Shown in pieces: positions 23,128 to 24,000 of a stretch of 24,000 nucleotides of DNA; positions within the stretch are counted from its first letter, which is position 1, and the number at the start of each line of letters is the position of its first letter. The DNA is taken from positions 347,592-371,591 of the forward strand of contig NZ_JANFDA010000003.1 in assembly GCF_040493455.1 (NCBI RefSeq), in the 5' to 3' direction. The DNA comes from Winogradskyella sp. 3972H.M.0a.05 (GTDB taxonomy: Bacteria; Bacteroidota; Bacteroidia; Flavobacteriales; Flavobacteriaceae). The position numbers and the translations under genes were made by a program. Under the pieces are notes generated by a model, which was given only the letters and a program-made list of their open reading frames with translations, had not been told where the DNA came from and made no database searches.

Positions 23128-24000
23128 ATGCCAGGATTTGAACTGTTTGGTGATCTGGAGCGCAAACATGTAAATGATGTTCTAGACAATGGCGTTCTTA
23201 TGCGCTATGGTTTTGATGGTATGCGTAATGGGTATTGGAAGGCCAAAGAATTAGAGTCAGAGATTGAAAAGACTTTTGGTGTTGAACATGCACAATTAGT
23301 ATCTAGCGGTACAGCTGCTGTTTCTGTAGCTTTAGCTTCCGCTGGAATTGGAGCAGGAGACGAAGTGATTATGCCTACATTTACCTTTGTTGCTAGTTTT
23401 GAAGCCATAATGATGGTCGGAGCGACGCCAATTTTAGTAGATATAGACGATACCTTAACCTTAGATCCTGAAGCAGTAAAAAATGCGATTACACCAAAGA
23501 CCAAAGCGGTTATGGTAGTTCATATGTGTGGTAGTATGGCAAACCTAAATGCTTTAAAAAGTATCTGTGACACCCATAAACTCACACTAATTGAAGATGC
23601 TTGCCAAGCTATTGGAGGCACTTACAACAATAGAGCACTAGGTAGCATAGGTGATCTAGGTTGTTTCTCCTTCGATTTTGTAAAGACCATTACCTGCGGA
23701 GAAGGCGGCGCAGTAATTACCAATAACAAAGACTTCTATACCAACTCAGATCATTATAGTGATCATGGACACGACCATGTTGGAAATGATCGTGGCGCTG
23801 AAACACATCCGTTTTTAGGCTATAACTTCAGAATATCTGAGCTCAACGCTGCCGTTGGATTAGCGCAAATACAGAGACTTTCAGAGTTTTTGGAGATTCA
23901 GAAGAAGAATTATACAGTCCTTAGAAATGCTTTATCTCAAATCCCTGAAGTCACTTTTAGAACAGTTCCTGAAGGCGGCGAGGAGAGTTATGCATTTTTG
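23128..24000 (+). CDS. DegT/DnrJ/EryC1/StrS family PLP aminotransferase; 3' end lies outside the window
   Basis: My own translation from ATG 23128 has no stop before base 24000: MPGFELFGDLERKHVNDVLDNGVLMRYG ... SSGTAAVSVALASAGIGAGDEVIMPTFTFVAS ... IEDACQAIGG ... SFDFVKTITCGEGGAV ... YNFRISELNAAVGLAQ. These blocks are family hallmarks and include the PLP lysine in FVKT. The gene is absent from the ORF track because it has no stop codon. Confidence 0.85.
   Translation, partial: MPGFELFGDLERKHVNDVLDNGVLMRYGFDGMRNGYWKAKELESEIEKTFGVEHAQLVSSGTAAVSVALASAGIGAGDEVIMPTFTFVASFEAIMMVGATPILVDIDDTLTLDPEAVKNAITPKTKAVMVVHMCGSMANLNALKSICDTHKLTLIEDACQAIGGTYNNRALGSIGDLGCFSFDFVKTITCGEGGAVITNNKDFYTNSDHYSDHGHDHVGNDRGAETHPFLGYNFRISELNAAVGLAQIQRLSEFLEIQKKNYTVLRNALSQIPEVTFRTVPEGGEESYAFL

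Noticed and set aside
23205-23504. A listed 99-aa ORF on the minus strand
   Set aside because: It lies antisense inside the strongly supported DegT-family aminotransferase frame (23128 onward). Its Ala/Ser/Thr-rich low-complexity translation is typical of a shadow ORF.

Overview
This window looks like a low-GC chromosomal segment from a Flavobacteriia-type Bacteroidota genome. The taxon call rests on several TAnnTTTG -7 boxes upstream of genes and both tRNAs, a fused CcsBA cytochrome c biogenesis gene, a bshB1-like gene, many lipobox proteins and a DUF3108-like protein. Bases 1-8300 and 17100-24000 look like housekeeping genes: ccsBA, a pseudouridine synthase, a MATE exporter, a PLP transsulfuration enzyme overlapping bshB1, two tandem M28 peptidases, tRNA-Ser, a nitroreductase and a DegT-type aminotransferase that runs off the 3' edge. 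The most interesting part lies between tRNA-His (8312-8386) and the M28 peptidases. All genes there are on the minus strand. Four copies of one hairpin element (stem AAGCCTTTCAG / CTGAAAGGCTT) divide them into three blocks, and the sequence flanking the hairpins is also similar between copies. The middle block (10205-13413) is AT-rich by hand count. It encodes three small lipoproteins and two cytoplasmic proteins with no function I can assign. One of the cytoplasmic proteins resembles, from memory only, domains associated with polymorphic-toxin immunity proteins. I saw no integrase, transposase, CRISPR array or recognisable toxin. All homology calls come from motif recognition by eye, and no searches were run.
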